A stretch of 64,000 bases of DNA from Octopus bimaculoides (taxonomy: Eukaryota). The DNA is taken from NCBI RefSeq assembly GCF_001194135.2, contig NC_068984.1, forward strand, positions 11,590,132 to 11,654,131, in the 5' to 3' direction. Every line of letters begins with the position of its first letter. Position 1 is the first letter of the stretch. Position numbers and translations under genes: made by a program. Shown here one piece after another: positions 23,845 through 37,363 of the stretch. Under the pieces are notes generated by a model that worked only from the letters and a program-made list of their open reading frames with translations, was not told the origin of the DNA and did no database searches.

Positions 23845-24892
23845 TAATATAACAAGTGAACCCTACAGCTTGAGACAGTAATCTCCAGAGGTTGATGATG
23901 ATGATATCCGGTTAATCATAGATTGGAGAGGCCAATGCTAAGATAGCATTGTCATGATGCTAATTATATGGGTGAATCATGATAAATGCTTTCCAAAGTC
24001 AAAAATAGGGTAAATTACTTTGGGGAAGTAACAGATAAAATAAGAAAGACATACAATATTTTGTAATCAGTTTTAAAGTCAGAACTTACAGGGATGTAAC
24101 TAAATACCGTAAAATATTTCAAAGATTCCTATCTTTCTGCACTCTCCACCACCCCAGAACTTACCAAATTATATATTCAGTATATGTAAACATGTTTGTT
24201 CCTCAGTTGTACTAGTTTGACAAAAGACAGTTTAACAAAAGACTATTTGAAGTGATTAAAATAACTGCATCATGGTAGAGTCACAACAATCATTGAAAAT
24301 ACACACGCACTGTTATATCACTGCTTTGTTTATTGTTATTTTGGAACATGTCAAGGTGGTGAGCTGGCAGAATTGTTAGCACAATGGACAAAATACTTAG
24401 TGCTATTTCATCCATCTTCATGTTCTGAGTTCAAATTCCGCTGAAGTCAACTTTGCCTTTCATCCTTTTGGGGTCGATAAAATAACTGCTGAATACTGGG
24501 GTCGATGTAATCTACTAGTCCCCTCCCCCAAATTTCAAGCCTTGTGCCTATAGTAGAAAGGGTTATTTTGGAACATGTTGTTTAATCTGACCAAGCAGAT
24601 CTTTAGATTAAAGACATTCCAGTGGTGACCATTCCATCATTCTCTTTGGCATTTACCAAGGACTACATTATTCAATATCCTTCTCACAAGTCATTGAGAA
24701 AGAAAGTACTAAATCTTGGAACTTAATACCTAATTTATTTTTTCATATGATGCACAATGTAAAGGTGATATTGTCTGTAAGGCTAACACATTGAACTGAC
24801 CACAAGTTCAAATTTTATTATAGAATAATATAGAGCACATCAGCTGATTTAACTGACTGTGTATGTGTCCTGTTAACAGTGTGACATATACC

Positions 24893-25580
24893 ATCATCAT
24901 CATCATTTAACATCCGCTTTCCATGCTGGCATGGGTTAGATGGTTTGACTTAGGACTGGCAAGCCAGAAGGCTACACCAGGCTCCAATCTGATCTGGCAA
25001 GGTTTCTACAGCTGGATGTCCTTCCTAACGCCAACCACTCCGAGGGTGTAGCGGGTGCTTTTTCTGTGCCACCAGCACAGGTGCCAGTCAGGTGGTACTA
25101 GCATCGGCCACGGCAATGATTTCACTTGACTCAAGAGGTCTTCTCAAGCACAGTTTATTGCTCAATGATTGAAGGGTACTCTTAATTGGATCTGTTATGC
25201 GACATTGGCATAGTCCATGGTTACGCTCTCACTTGGCTTGCTGGGCCTTCTCAAGCACAGCATATCTCCATAGGTCTCAGTCATTTGTCATGCTTCACCA
25301 CCTCATCCCAGATCTTCCTGGGTCTACCTCTTCCACAGGTTCCTTCCACTGTTAGGGTGTGACACTTCCTCACACAGCTGTCCTCATCCATATGTAACAC
25401 ATGACCATACCAGCACAGTCATCTCTCTCACACACCACATCTGATGCTTCTTATGTTCAACTTTTCTCTCAGGGTGCTTACACTCTGTCATGTATGCACA
25501 CATCCAGTGGAGCATACTAGCTTCATTTCTTGCAAGCTTACTCATGTCCTCAGCAGTCACAGCCCATGTTTCGCTGCCAT
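24893..25580 (-). mobile_element. RTE LINE 3' end (ORF2 C-terminus + 3' UTR + (ATG)n tail)
   Basis: Family B tail continuous with sequence matching the RLRWYGHV-containing RTE fragment at 30615-30893. Confidence 0.75.
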
Positions 25581-26077
25581 GACATAATAAATTTAATACT
25601 AAATTCCAATTAATTTAATCAATGACTTACAACTTTCTGTCATTCACGAGAAAAGGAAATGCTCAAGAGAAGGATGGAATAGTCATGACTGAATGCTTTT
25701 TATCCATAGATCTGCTTGTTCAAGATTGACATTAGGTTGAATAACAACATACTCCAAAATAATAATAAAATAAAAATGTTAATATAACAATGCAATGTGT
25801 AGTTTTTACTGGCTATTGTGACACTACTATGATGTAATCATTTTAGTCCCAACACATGATCTCATTGATCAAATCCTTTGTCAAACAAGTGCAACTGAGT
25901 AATAAATTGTTTAGATATTCTGAATATATAATACCACTACTATTTCATAGTTGATTGGACCTAAGGGAAGAAAGAAATCTAGCTTAAATTTACATTAGTG
26001 AACAACAATTATGCAATTCTGAACTAAACTGAAAGTTTACTTAGAAAATAATACACAAAATAAATAAAATTACTCAC

Positions 26078-26192
26078 ATCGGCAATAACGTCAGAAAGTC
26101 CAGGGTTGCACAGCAGCAACCAGCGGCGAGGAGTAATGCCATTGGTCTTATTTTGGAAGCGTTTAGGAAACATATCATGGAAATCTTTAAAA
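26078..26192 (-). CDS. PYG: Glycogen phosphorylase exon 11 (115 nt, [38 protein letters not shown])
   Basis: [11 protein letters not shown] motif; cag|/|gtgagt. Confidence 0.95.
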
Positions 26193-27116
26193 CTGAAGAA
26201 ATAAAAGAGATTCTTGGTTAATATATTTCAAGATTATGACATTTTAAAAATTCTGGCAAGAATAAAAGTTTTGAAAAAAAATGTATTTAAATGATCCATG
26301 GGATTAACTATTTTTCATAAGGCTGAATATCACAATTTTCACCAACACACACTGAAATAAATATCTTAAAGGGTCAGTTTAGTAGTCATAGCAAAATCTT
26401 ATAGATACAATATTTAGCCCAGGAAGCCTTAATTTAGTAGATAAAAGGAATTCCAGTCATGACCTTCCTATCTTTTTAAAGGTATTTAATTCTACATTGC
26501 CTAAAGTGTTCTTTCTTTTAAGACATCAGGGATAAAATTTGAGGGAATCTGATTGCTATTCCTAGCAGCTCAAGCAACCACGCACAGCTCCAATCATCAT
26601 CATTTAATATCCGTTTTCTATGCTGGCATGGGTTAGATGGGTTGACAGGAGCTGGCCAGCCAGGGAGTTACACCAGTCTCCAATTGTCTGTTTTGGCATG
26701 ATTTTTACAGCTGGATGCCCTTCCTAATGACAACCACTTTACAGAATGTACTGGGTGCTTTTTATGTGACCCCAGCATGGGTGGTACCTTTTATGTGGCA
26801 CAGGTACATTCTATGTGGCACTGGCACCAGTGGTTTTTACATGGCAACAGCATGGGTATTTATTATGTAATACCAACACATATATGAAATAAACAATAAC
26901 TCTCTTTCTTGGCTATATAAAGAAATAAAATATTCTGTTAAACCTGATAGAAATAAGACAATAAAGTTCTTGAAAGAATTAAAGTAAACCAATGCTTTAC
27001 ATATTTAGCTAGAATTTCTGCATATTCCCACTGTCTGTTTCTTAGATTCTCACGACATATACACCAAATCATTCTGAATTACTAAAGATCTTGCCTAAAC
27101 TTTTTAAAGTACTTAC

Positions 27117-27280
27117 GTTGTTGTTTTAATAATATCAGAATGGATGGCAGCAACACCATTCACTGCATGTGAGCCAATAATACTCAAATGAGCCATATTA
27201 ATTTTCTTATCGTGACCTTCTTCAACAATAGACATTCTCTTGATACGGTCATTATCCCCTGGGTATTTTTTAGCTACATC
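27117..27280 (-). CDS. PYG: Glycogen phosphorylase exon 10 (164 nt, [21 protein letters not shown]...[18 protein letters not shown])
   Basis: INMAHL / GSHAVNGVA motifs; cag|/|gtaagt. Confidence 0.95.
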
Positions 27281-28078
27281 CTGAAATAAGAAATAATTAA
27301 GGTAATATAAGACTGCAACAGAATGTATTCGGGTAATTATATTATACTTGTATTTTACAGCAATTTACAAGAGAGTAGTAGACTATGTAAGACCACTGCT
27401 TTCTGGTCTTGTAGGAATCAGAGGGTTTTTTGGTAAAGTAACTTTCTTGGTTAGTTATAAGTTCATAAATCTCAGAAATCAATACAAATTGCAAAATCAT
27501 CATCATCATTTTCCACCTTGAATTGGAAGAGATACCTCTATATTCAGTTGAGCAGATACTGTAAATTTAAGCCTATCTCTTACCAAGGACACAATACAAT
27601 TTCACCTTTTAAATTTGGCATTTCAGTTCTAACTTTTTGAAAATTATACATTATATCATCATCATCATCATCATCATCGTTTAACGTCCGCTTTCCATGC
27701 TAGCATGGGTTGGACGATTTGACTGAGGACTGGTGAAACCGGATGGCAACACCAGGCTCCAGTCTGATTTGGCAGAGTTTCTACAGCTGGATGCCCTTCC
27801 TAACGCCAACCATTTATAAATATTGATGCAGAAAATCTTGTTTTTAAAATTTTAAACAATTCATTTAAAATTGAATGGTGCTTTTTATGTGCCACCAATC
27901 AGGCAGCAATATAAAATATTCAAATATACACGTGCGCGCACATGTATGCTTGCATGTGTGTGTGTATGTGGAAACATATTTTGTTGTGTGGTATTTACTG
28001 AAAAAAAAAAANNNNNNNNNNNNNNNNNNNNNNNNNNNNNNNNNNNNNNNNNNNNNNNNNNNNNNNNNNNNNNNNNNN

Positions 28079-28225
28079 NNNNNNNNNNNNNNNNNNNNNN
28101 NNNNNNNNNNNNNNNNNNNNNNNNNNNNNNAAGTTTGCAAGAAGAGACACAGGCCAACGTTCCAAAGCTTCAGGTAGGACAGTGTGATTAGTATAAGCAC
28201 AAGTTTTAACACAGATGTCCCAAGC
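28079..28225 (-). CDS. PYG: Glycogen phosphorylase exon 9 ([31 protein letters not shown]..., 3' end inside N-gap)
   Basis: 95 nt visible (28131-28225) with [15 protein letters not shown]; acceptor tag|. Lower bound 28079 is inferred from the 147-nt orthologous exon, not seen. Confidence 0.88.
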
Positions 28226-28317
28226 CTAAACAAATAGAAATGTTGCAGATTAGGAGACAAATCTAAAACAAATTTGTTGTTGAGATAACGCGCGCGCGCA
28301 CGCACGCACGCACGCGC

Positions 28318-28359
<42 letters not shown>

Positions 28360-28932
28360 TCCTTTTTTATTTCATGGACCACATACCGTTACATTGTGGC
28401 TTCAGCTGCCATCATCATCATCACCTATTCTGCATATGCCTGTTTTCCCATTCTTGCATGGGTCAGGCATTTTGAAATCACCAATGGATTCAGAGGTGGG
28501 GGAGGGAAGAAAGACAAACAGTCAGAGAGAGGGTGGGAGGTCAGGGTATGAAAGGAGCAAGAAATATATAAGGGGGGGAAAAAAACCCATCAAGAGTGTG
28601 TCATATCATTATGCTGTGATTTTCAGTATTTATATGCCTCATTCTTTGTCTATCATAAATTTCCCTGTTGAGGAGGTCAACACAGTAAACAGGACATGTG
28701 ATGACATTTGGTCATCAATATGTAGATGACACAGCCAAAGCAAATGGTGAAATGTGCGATCAACAGCAGAATGGAAAATATAAATGATTAATTTCTAAAC
28801 AAAAAAAAAAAAAAANNNNNNNNNNAAGATTGCTACAAGTGATAGTGGACAAAATAGAAACAGAACTTAAATAGAAGCTGACACCATAGAGATTTAACAT
28901 AATAATGGATGTTATCTTGTTATCATTACCAT

Positions 28933-29737
28933 CAGTGGTTCTCAATTGGAGTCCATATGGCCCTTGGGGGTCCATAAAAGATTTTGTTGTTAAAATTTAT
29001 GTGCAATAAATCAAATATACTTCTACAAAACACAAAATATTTTAACAATTATTTTTGTATACAATTTCTTCATCATCATCATCGTTTAACGTCCGCTTTC
29101 CATGCTAGTATGGGTTGAACGATTTGACTGAGGATTGGCGAATTGGATGGCTGCACCAGGCTCCAATCTGATCTGGCAGAGTTTCTACAGCTGGATGCCC
29201 TTCCTAATGCCAACCACTCCAAGAATGTAGTGGGTGCTTTTACGTGCCACAGGCACGAGGGCCAGTCTGGTGATACTGGCAATGGCCACACTCAAATGGT
29301 GTTTTTCACATGCCACCTGCACAGGAGTCAGTCCAGCGGCACTGGCAACGACCTCACTCAAATGTTTTGCTCTCGTGCCACCGGCACAAGTGCCAGTAAG
29401 GCGACACTGGTAACGATCACGCTCAAACGGTGTTTTTTACGTGCCATCAGCATGGAAGCCAGACAGCTGCTCTGGCAGTGATCTCACTCGGATGGTGCTG
29501 TTAGCACTCCACTGGCACGGGTGCCAGTTATTGAATTTGGTTCAGTTTCAATTTCACTTGCCCCAACAGGTCTTCGCAAGCAGAGTTTAGTGTCCAATGA
29601 AGGAAGGTTGGCATGGGTGCCAGTCGTCTATGAAAATATAACAGGATTTTTTAAACATTGAATGGCTAGGAGGGTCCATTCAAGTAAAATAGGGATCAAA
29701 AGGGTCCATAAGTTGAAAACTGGTTGAAAAAACACTG
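28933..29737. mobile_element. hAT-like MITE with nested family B insertion (29071-29628)
   Basis: Termini cagtggttctcaa / ttgaaaaaacactg; flanks attaccat / attgttat as a degenerate 8-bp TSD. Confidence 0.6.
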
Positions 29738-29915
29738 ATTGTTATCATCATCATCACAATTGTCTCTAATATCTATTTTTGCATTTTGGTATAGGTCTCA
29801 CAAAACAGCAAACACAACTCTGTGCACATACACTCTTATATAAAATGTCCTCATCCTTACTTCTTCCAACTATTGGATCTAATTTTTTAAGATTGAGAGA
29901 CAAGCAAAGGAATAC

Positions 29916-30008
29916 CTTATCCCACTGCAGGCACTCGACGTCAATAAGGATTCGCATCAGCTCAGGAATTGCCAATGAAGGATGAGTGTCATTTAATTGG
30001 ATTGCCAC
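29916..30008 (-). CDS. PYG: Glycogen phosphorylase exon 8 (93 nt, [31 protein letters not shown])
   Basis: IQLNDTHP motif; cag|/|gtattc. Confidence 0.95.
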
Positions 30009-30189
30009 CTGTCAAAGAGAAAAAGAGAAAAATTAGAAGTTTAGTAAAACTGGAGGCAGATAATGAGGTTAATATTTTAGTTGATTAACTAGAAACTGAT
30101 TGTTTACATGTGTGTGTGTGTGTGTGTGTGTGTACATACACACACAATCTGATTGTTTACTTGAATACATAGTCTTTCATCAGACTGGG

Positions 30190-30410
30190 TGTACAAAATG
30201 ATTATTATAACCAGGAGGTACTCGAAGGAGTCATACCCAATGACTGGTGTAGCAGCACCACAGCCAAGTGCCACAAAGGTAAAGGTGATGCTTTAGATAG
30301 AAATAATTAGAGGTATCAAATTATTGGATCAGGTGATGAAAGTCATAGAGAGAGTCAAAGCCCAACTAATTAGGGAGAGAGTTAGCCTAGATGAGAGACA
30401 GTTTGTCAGT
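30190..30410 (+). mobile_element. RTE reverse transcriptase N-terminal remnant
   Basis: EGVIPNDWCSS...HKGKGDALDRNN / GIKLLDQVMKVIERV...RERVSLDERQF, with a frameshift. Confidence 0.75.
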
Positions 30411-30900
30411 GTCACGAAAGGAAACTCAGCCACTTTGCCTCCATGAGGCCCAACGCTCGAAAGGTGCCCTTTACATTCCACCAGCACAGGTACCAATTAT
30501 GTGACACCAGCATCAATCATGACTATGATATCATTTGGCTTGACAGGTCTTCTAAAGCACAGCATATTGCCAAAGGTCTTGGTCACTGGTCATTGCCTCT
30601 GTGAGTCTCAAAGTTCAAAGATCATGCTTCACCACTTCGTCCCATGTCTTCCTGGATCTATCTCTACCACAGGCTCCCTCCACAGTTAGAGATTGGCACT
30701 TCTTTAAACAGCTGTCCTTGTCCATATGCATCACATGACCATACCAACGCAGTTGTCTCTCTTGCACACCACATCTGATGCTTCTTATGCCTAACCTTTC
30801 TTTCAAGATGCTTACACTCTGTTGAACATGCACACCAATATTGCATGTACAGTGAAGCATACTGGCTTCATTTCTTTCAAGCCTACGCATCATACAATCT
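30411..30900 (-). mobile_element. RTE ORF2 C-terminus and partial 3' UTR
   Basis: ORF 30615-30893: ERQLRWYGHVMHM...GRDRSRKTWDEVVKHDL. Confidence 0.8.
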
Positions 30901-31651
30901 GCTTTTCACTCAATGGATTAATGGTTAACAAAGTTAACTTTCGATTAACAGTACCCACCTTTGCATTAGATATAAACAAAACTAAATCCCAAAGGTTTAT
31001 TTTCTGTTCAAGAGGCAACATATACCTTAGCAGTTGCTAATCTCAGAGGCACAATCCTTTTCCATGTTGGAGCAGTGTTCATACATTATCTACTTACCAA
31101 GCTGATATATTGATAGACAAGTCCACGTTCAGACACTAAAATCATTGGTCCATTAAAATTTATCCTCCCTCTCCTTATTTTTTTATTTTACTACTACTAC
31201 TACTACTACTACTCCTCCTCCTCCTCCTCCTCTAACTGAATTGATGGAATTACTTCTTTACCACTTACCACTCTTTAGTCTTCAATTTTCTACCCCTCCT
31301 ATCCTAGATTTATTAATTCTCCTCCCCTTCTTTGAATGTTTTCCCAATCACTAGCCTGCAAAGATCCAAATTAAATATTAACTACTATAGCTTCATCCAG
31401 TCGTCCTGAATCATGAACTTAGATCATGAGCACTTGCACAGCTACATTAATCTATTTTAATCCGGTTCACTTAGCTGGGACATTGATATGCTACAGATGG
31501 TGTTTTACTTAATGGAAGGAAGAAAGACAGAAAGACCAATGTAATATGGAAAGAGAGAGAGATTCAAGTGCAAAAGAAATATACTGCCAAGAAGAACTTA
31601 AAGAGCATTAATATATTCTGTTTCTACAAAAATAAAGAACATTGTTTCTAC

Positions 31652-31795
31652 CTTATCAGAGAAGGTGTCAAAGGAAGTGCGAACAGCATCTGGGCAACCA
31701 AATTTGGATGACTTGTAACGACGGACGACATCTTGCAGAGTGGCAGCAACTAAAAAGTATTCTTGTTTCAAGCGGAGTTCTTTACCTTCAAATAC
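31652..31795 (-). CDS. PYG: Glycogen phosphorylase exon 7 (144 nt, [14 protein letters not shown]...FSDK)
   Basis: [10 protein letters not shown] motif; cag|/|gtagaa. Confidence 0.95.
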
Positions 31796-32394
31796 CTGTG
31801 GAAGTAAGAGGAGAAGTTTAAAAGAAATTAGAAAAAACATTTTGTTTGAATAGAAGGAAAAATAAAATACAAAATAGAATAAAAAAAGTATTGTAATTTG
31901 CTTAAAACACTGCAATATGTAAATGATATAAATAATTTTAAGACGTTTCACCAAAGCAAATGAGAAATGGGATAAAGTATTTAAGACAAGCTATTGTATA
32001 CATAGGTTGTTTAATGTTTCCATTATACTTTGGGAAAGCTTTCCTTTATCAAATATAAGATAGAAAATAATCCCAGAATACAGAGAAAAGTGTATTTATT
32101 GACGGACCATTCTTGTGTATTGGGTTATTTTCGATTTTAGCACTTCAGTAAATATAGGTTTAGATAATACGTAACAGTATGGGGGTTGATATGGTTAATT
32201 AAAACCCTGTGGAATGATTATAGTCTAAAAACATGAACCAGTAAAAGAAAAAAAAACTTTAAGATATCTTTTCCTTTATTGTACTATTTCTGCAAATTTT
32301 CTATCCATCACAGCAGGGGAATACCGTAGATAATTTGAGATTGAAAGAAAAGTCCTTTCTATTAAAATTAAAGAACAATTGTCCAGTTACTTAC

Positions 32395-32477
32395 ATTGTC
32401 ATTTGGATACAAGACTCTGGAGATATTCTCAGCAAGGTTTCTATCACAGACAGCTTGGATGTACTCACCACTGTTAA
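32395..32477 (-). CDS. PYG: Glycogen phosphorylase exon 6 (83 nt, [28 protein letters not shown])
   Basis: [13 protein letters not shown] motif; cag|/|gtaagt. Confidence 0.95.
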
Positions 32478-33409
32478 CTGTAAAGAAAATATTGAAACTT
32501 TAAAGCTTGTACAATAAACTCATCATAAAGAGAAATGAACCTCAATTACCCTGTATGGGTGGTTAGACAATATCTCTGAAGCAGTGCTTTAAGACCACCA
32601 GACACCCTTCCTACTGCCAACTCTTCTGGCTCTCACAACACACACACAGACATGGTGTACCTAAAATCAGCTTGTGCATACTGATAAGCAATTCTAATTA
32701 GATGTTCATTGCATTAAATATGTTAAAACTAACTCAACTATTATTGGCAAACAAATAGAGACAACATAGAGCTGAGAAGATGCTTTATTTTCTCAGAGAG
32801 CATGACAACCACTTATGTTGGTGCCATGATGAAATGCATCCAGTATACCTTTCTGTAAAGTTATGGCAAATTGAGTAGAGACCAGTCAAGGTTTCAAGGC
32901 TTCTTTAGTTTTGTCCAGAACATGACAAGCTCTGTAGTGTTGGTGCCATGATAAAATGCATGCAGTACACTGTTAAGCAGTTGGTGTTAGAAAGGGCATC
33001 AAGCAATAGAAACTCTGCCAAAAAAAGTGATATATGAGTAAGACCTGGTTCTCTGATCCATCTTGGAAGGCAGTAATTCTAAATAAGAACCAATTCAGAC
33101 CATGACAACCCATCCAACCCATGCTAGTTTAAAATGGGATATGAAATGTAAATGATAATCACACATACACACACACATGCATACAATATGAATTTAAAGT
33201 AGGCAGGATAAAAAGATTAAATGTTTGTATGTTCTGCTAATTAATGGTTGAATGCATTGCAAATATGTAGAGCTACATTATAAAAGAGAGAGTGGCAGTG
33301 ACCAAAGTGGAACCCCCACACATCAATCTTAATTACAGAAGTGATTTACAATTCAATTTGCATATAGCAATAAAGAAAACAATAACATAAACAATAGAGT
33401 CATACGTAC

Positions 33410-33521
33410 AGAATTTTAAGTTGAAGCTGTTGGGTGCCTTAGCAGACCACAGGCGCAGTGTATTCACGGTGTTGTTAGCATAACCAGGTATAGGGTTGTC
33501 AAAAGGAAGCGCAAATACTAA
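33410..33521 (-). CDS. PYG: Glycogen phosphorylase exon 5 (112 nt, [37 protein letters not shown])
   Basis: LRLWSAKA motif; cag|/|gtacgt; ends phase 1. Confidence 0.95.
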
Positions 33522-33679
33522 CTGAAAAATGAAATAAAATAAAATGATTTTAGTTAAAGAAAAAATTGTTTGCAATGAGTTTAAAATATTCTGGAAAAGT
33601 TTGAAAATAATGAAAAATGACTGCTTGTAAGATTCACAAATACAAGCAGGACCCACAGAAACTCCATGGTTTATAAATG

Positions 33680-34168
33680 TTTCTTATTTCTTTATTGCCC
33701 ACAAAGGGCTAAACATAGAGGGGACAAACACGGACAGACAAAGGGATTAAGTCAATTACATCGACCCCAGTGCGTAACTGGTACTTAATTTATCGACCCC
33801 GAAAGGATGAAAGGCAAAGTTGACCTCAGAACGTAACGGCAGACAAAATACCACTAAGCATTTCGCCTGGCGTGCTAACGTTTCTGCCAGCTCGCCGCTT
33901 TGTTTTATGTTTATGTTTCCATTTTGGTACATAAATTTATTGATTGTCCCCTCATGATCTTTCCTACTCTTGGCACAAGTCCCGAAATTTTTGGAGAAGG
34001 GGCCAGTCGATTAGATTGACCCCAGTATGCAACTTGCACTTAATTTATCGACCCCGAAAAGATAAAAGGCAAATTCAACCTCAGCGGAATTTGAACTCAG
34101 AACGTAAAGACAGATGAAATACCACTAAGCATTTTGCCCAGCATGCTAACATTTCTGCCAGCTTGCCA
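33680..34168 (-). mobile_element. Two tandem family F SINEs
   Basis: Both end in ctgccagct(c/t)gcc on + (head on -); copies 33680-33898 and 33966-34168. Confidence 0.8.
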
Positions 34169-35371
34169 TCTTTATTGTCCCCACATAATGTAAAAGATTT
34201 CAGTTATATCTTCACTTTCATTCTAAAGTTAAGGCTGTTTAATGTGCAAACTCAAAACTTAAAGATTTTGATTATGTCATTGATCGTCTTACACGGTTTA
34301 AGTTTGCTAAAAATTTCCATTATGTCTTTGATTCTGTTTCATAGTTAAGCATAACACATATCAAGAGAGAACAATAATGATGATGATGAATAATGTTATG
34401 GCTATGTTTTGTTGATCATAATGACAGACAAATTACCCGGAGTCACCTTCTGCATGAATAATAGCAGTTGACAATCATGAGGTAGTGAGTCTGATTCCCG
34501 GACCAGGCTGCATGTTGTGTTCTTGAGCAAGACACTTTATTTCACATTACTCCAGTTCACTCAGCTGTAGAAATGAGTTGTGACAACACTGGTGCCAAGT
34601 TGTATCAGTTTTTGCCTCTCTTGGATAACATCAGTGGCATAGAGAGAGAGAAGGCTGGTATGTATGGGCAACTGCTGGTCTTCCATAAACAACCTTGCCC
34701 AGACTTGTGCCTCAGAGGGGGACCAAAGAGGGCCTTTACACTTTTACGTAATGTAGTAATGAAAAATGTCTTGTTAATTAATAACACTTATGCAGCAACA
34801 AGAAGAAAACATTAGTTCAAAGACTAATAATATTTTAATGGTATCACTACATAAGTGTTATTAATTTTTTTTCCTTCTGCATTACATTAAATACCAGCTT
34901 AACAGTTTTTGCTTAACATATTACTCTTTTACTCGTTTCAGTCGTTGGACAACAGCCTTGTTGGAGCATAGTCAATCAAATGAACCCCAGTACTTATCTT
35001 TAAGTCTGATATTTATTCTATTGAACATTTTTTGCTGAACTGCAAGGTTATGGGGAACATAGACAAACCTCTACTGGTTGCCAGCAGTGAAAGACAAACT
35101 CAAAGACAGATATGTGTGAATAACTACCAACTCAAAGGTCATAAGTTCTTATTTGAGGATATATTTTTGTGTCCCTGGAAAGAGCAATTTTACTAAATAA
35201 CTTGGATAAAGCACCAAAACTTTTTTAGCAATGTTAACTGTCTTATGATGGAAGGACAATCTTCTATCAGTATAATGTCTTTGACTCTCTTGGACCCCAA
35301 ATTAAACATCAGATTGAATTATGAGCTCCCTACATACTATAAAAAATTTTAGCTTTCTTCTTTTTATAATA

Positions 35372-36729
35372 TACTAGCAGTATAACCCGGCGCTGCTCGG
35401 GATTAAGCTAGGATTATTAAATGATTAAGTCCTTTATTTCAAACCAAAATAAGTAACATCGACATCAGATTTGAGCGAAATCCGTTGAAATTGGTTTAGC
35501 TGAAAATGGTTTGCTGGCAATTTGATTGGGAAATCCCATAAGGAATCCGTTTATTGGTTATTTTCACTTATTGACTCTTTTTTTAAATGTTGCATTAGAG
35601 ATCTGCATAGGAGAAGGTTGATCTGAAGGTTTGCATTGGGGATCTGGATTGGAGTAACTTAGGAAAGCTTACCAACAACCTTAACCAAAAAATAAGGAGC
35701 CTGTCCCTTCTAGGTTAACTCTGTGACCCTAAAACCGTAACCCTAACCCTAATCCTAATTGTAACACCCTAGTGGAAATCGTTCGGGTGTTNNNNNNNNN
35801 NNNNNNNNNNNNNNNNNNNNNNNNNNNNNNNNNNNNNNNNNNNNNNNNNNNNNNNNNNNNNNNNNNNNNNNNNNNNNNNNNNNNNNNNNNNNNNNNNNNN
35901 NNNNNNNNNNNNNNNNNNNNNNNNNNNNNNNNNNNNNNNNNNNNNNNNNNNNNNNNNNNNNNNNNNNNNNNNNNNNNNNNNNNNNNNNNNNNNNNNNNNN
36001 NNNNNNNNNNNNNNNNNNNNNNNNNNNNNNNNNNNNNNNNNNNNNNNNNNNNNNNNNNNNNNNNNNNNNNNNNNNNNNNNNNNNNNNNNNNNNNNNNNNN
36101 NNNNNNNNNNNNNNNNNNNNNNNNNNNNNNNNNNNNNNNNNNNNNNNNNNNNNNNNNNNNNNNNNNNNNNNNNNNNNNNNNNNNNNNNNNNNNNNNNNNN
36201 NNNNNNNNNNNNNNNNNNNNNNNNNNNNNNNNNNNNNNNNNNNNNNNNNNNNNNNNNNNNNNNNNNNNNNNNNNNNNNNNNNNNNNNNNNNNNNNNNNAC
36301 GCTGTCTTGGTGAGAGAAATTTTTTGTCCTTAGCCGCTTTGTCTCCCTCTTCCACTTTTTCATTTTCCTTTTTTTAGACGCTTGGCAACCACTGTTTCTC
36401 CCCTTGTCACAAACACACTATTTCTTTCTTTCTCTCTCTCTCTTTCTTTCTCCCTCTCTTTCTTTCTTTCTCTCTCTCTCTCTCTCCTTCACGCGCGTAT
36501 GCACAGATTTGACTTCGCCATGTCAACAAACTTCAAAATCGGTAAAAGTTTATCGATTTTTACAGCTATACGCGGGTGCCTCTGTCAGAAAAAGTTGACA
36601 AAAACACAGATAGGGTCGTGAACAATATCCTCCTAAAATTGGAGCAACATGCGTGCTAATTTGTGGACGTGCATAACCCCCATTCACGTACACACACACA
36701 CAAACATCTTCTGTTTTATAGATACTGAT
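35372..36729 (+). mobile_element. Non-autonomous Helitron/Helentron-like element spanning a gap
   Basis: 5' tactagcagtataacccggcgctgctcggg subterminal hairpin; internal TAACCC-like and (CT)n repeats; 3' cacacaaacatcttctgttttatagat. Confidence 0.6.
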
Positions 36730-36944
36730 ACTTAGGTTTTGGCCAGTATTGGCCCATATTATGAATACTGGTTATTAAATTTCTATTTTAGAGTAATCTA
36801 GGACAATATAATAACACAAATATTTGATATTACTGCTAAATAATAGCAAAAGAACTGGAAAATAACCAAGAATCAATCACTCTATCCATGTGTATGCACG
36901 TGTACAATGGATTCAAGTCAATCATAACCATCAATGATATTTAC

Positions 36945-37076
36945 CTGAGTATCAACCCATTTGGTACCCTTTTCATTGTGTTCAACACGACCATAAAAGT
37001 TCACAGGAAGCATGTACTCTGGACGAGATTTTTCCCATGGATTTCCATAACGAAGCCAGTCATCAGGCTCTTCAAT
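36945..37076 (-). CDS. PYG: Glycogen phosphorylase exon 4 (132 nt, [20 protein letters not shown]...KWVDTQ)
   Basis: Hand translation; aag|/|gtaaat; follows a 104-nt intron. Confidence 0.95.
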
Positions 37077-37138
37077 CTTTGGAATAATTAAGAAAAACCA
37101 TTAGAAGGATAGAATCCAATATAAGAACCAAATGGTTA

Positions 37139-37363
<225 letters not shown>

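Noticed and set aside
27960-28011. Acceptor-like (T)nCAG on - next to the exon 9 gap
   Set aside because: Downstream sequence has no phosphorylase similarity and runs into (CA)n-like repeats.
35730-35775. Telomere-like TAACCC repeats
   Set aside because: Only 2-3 imperfect units inside a Helitron-like element; not an interstitial telomere.
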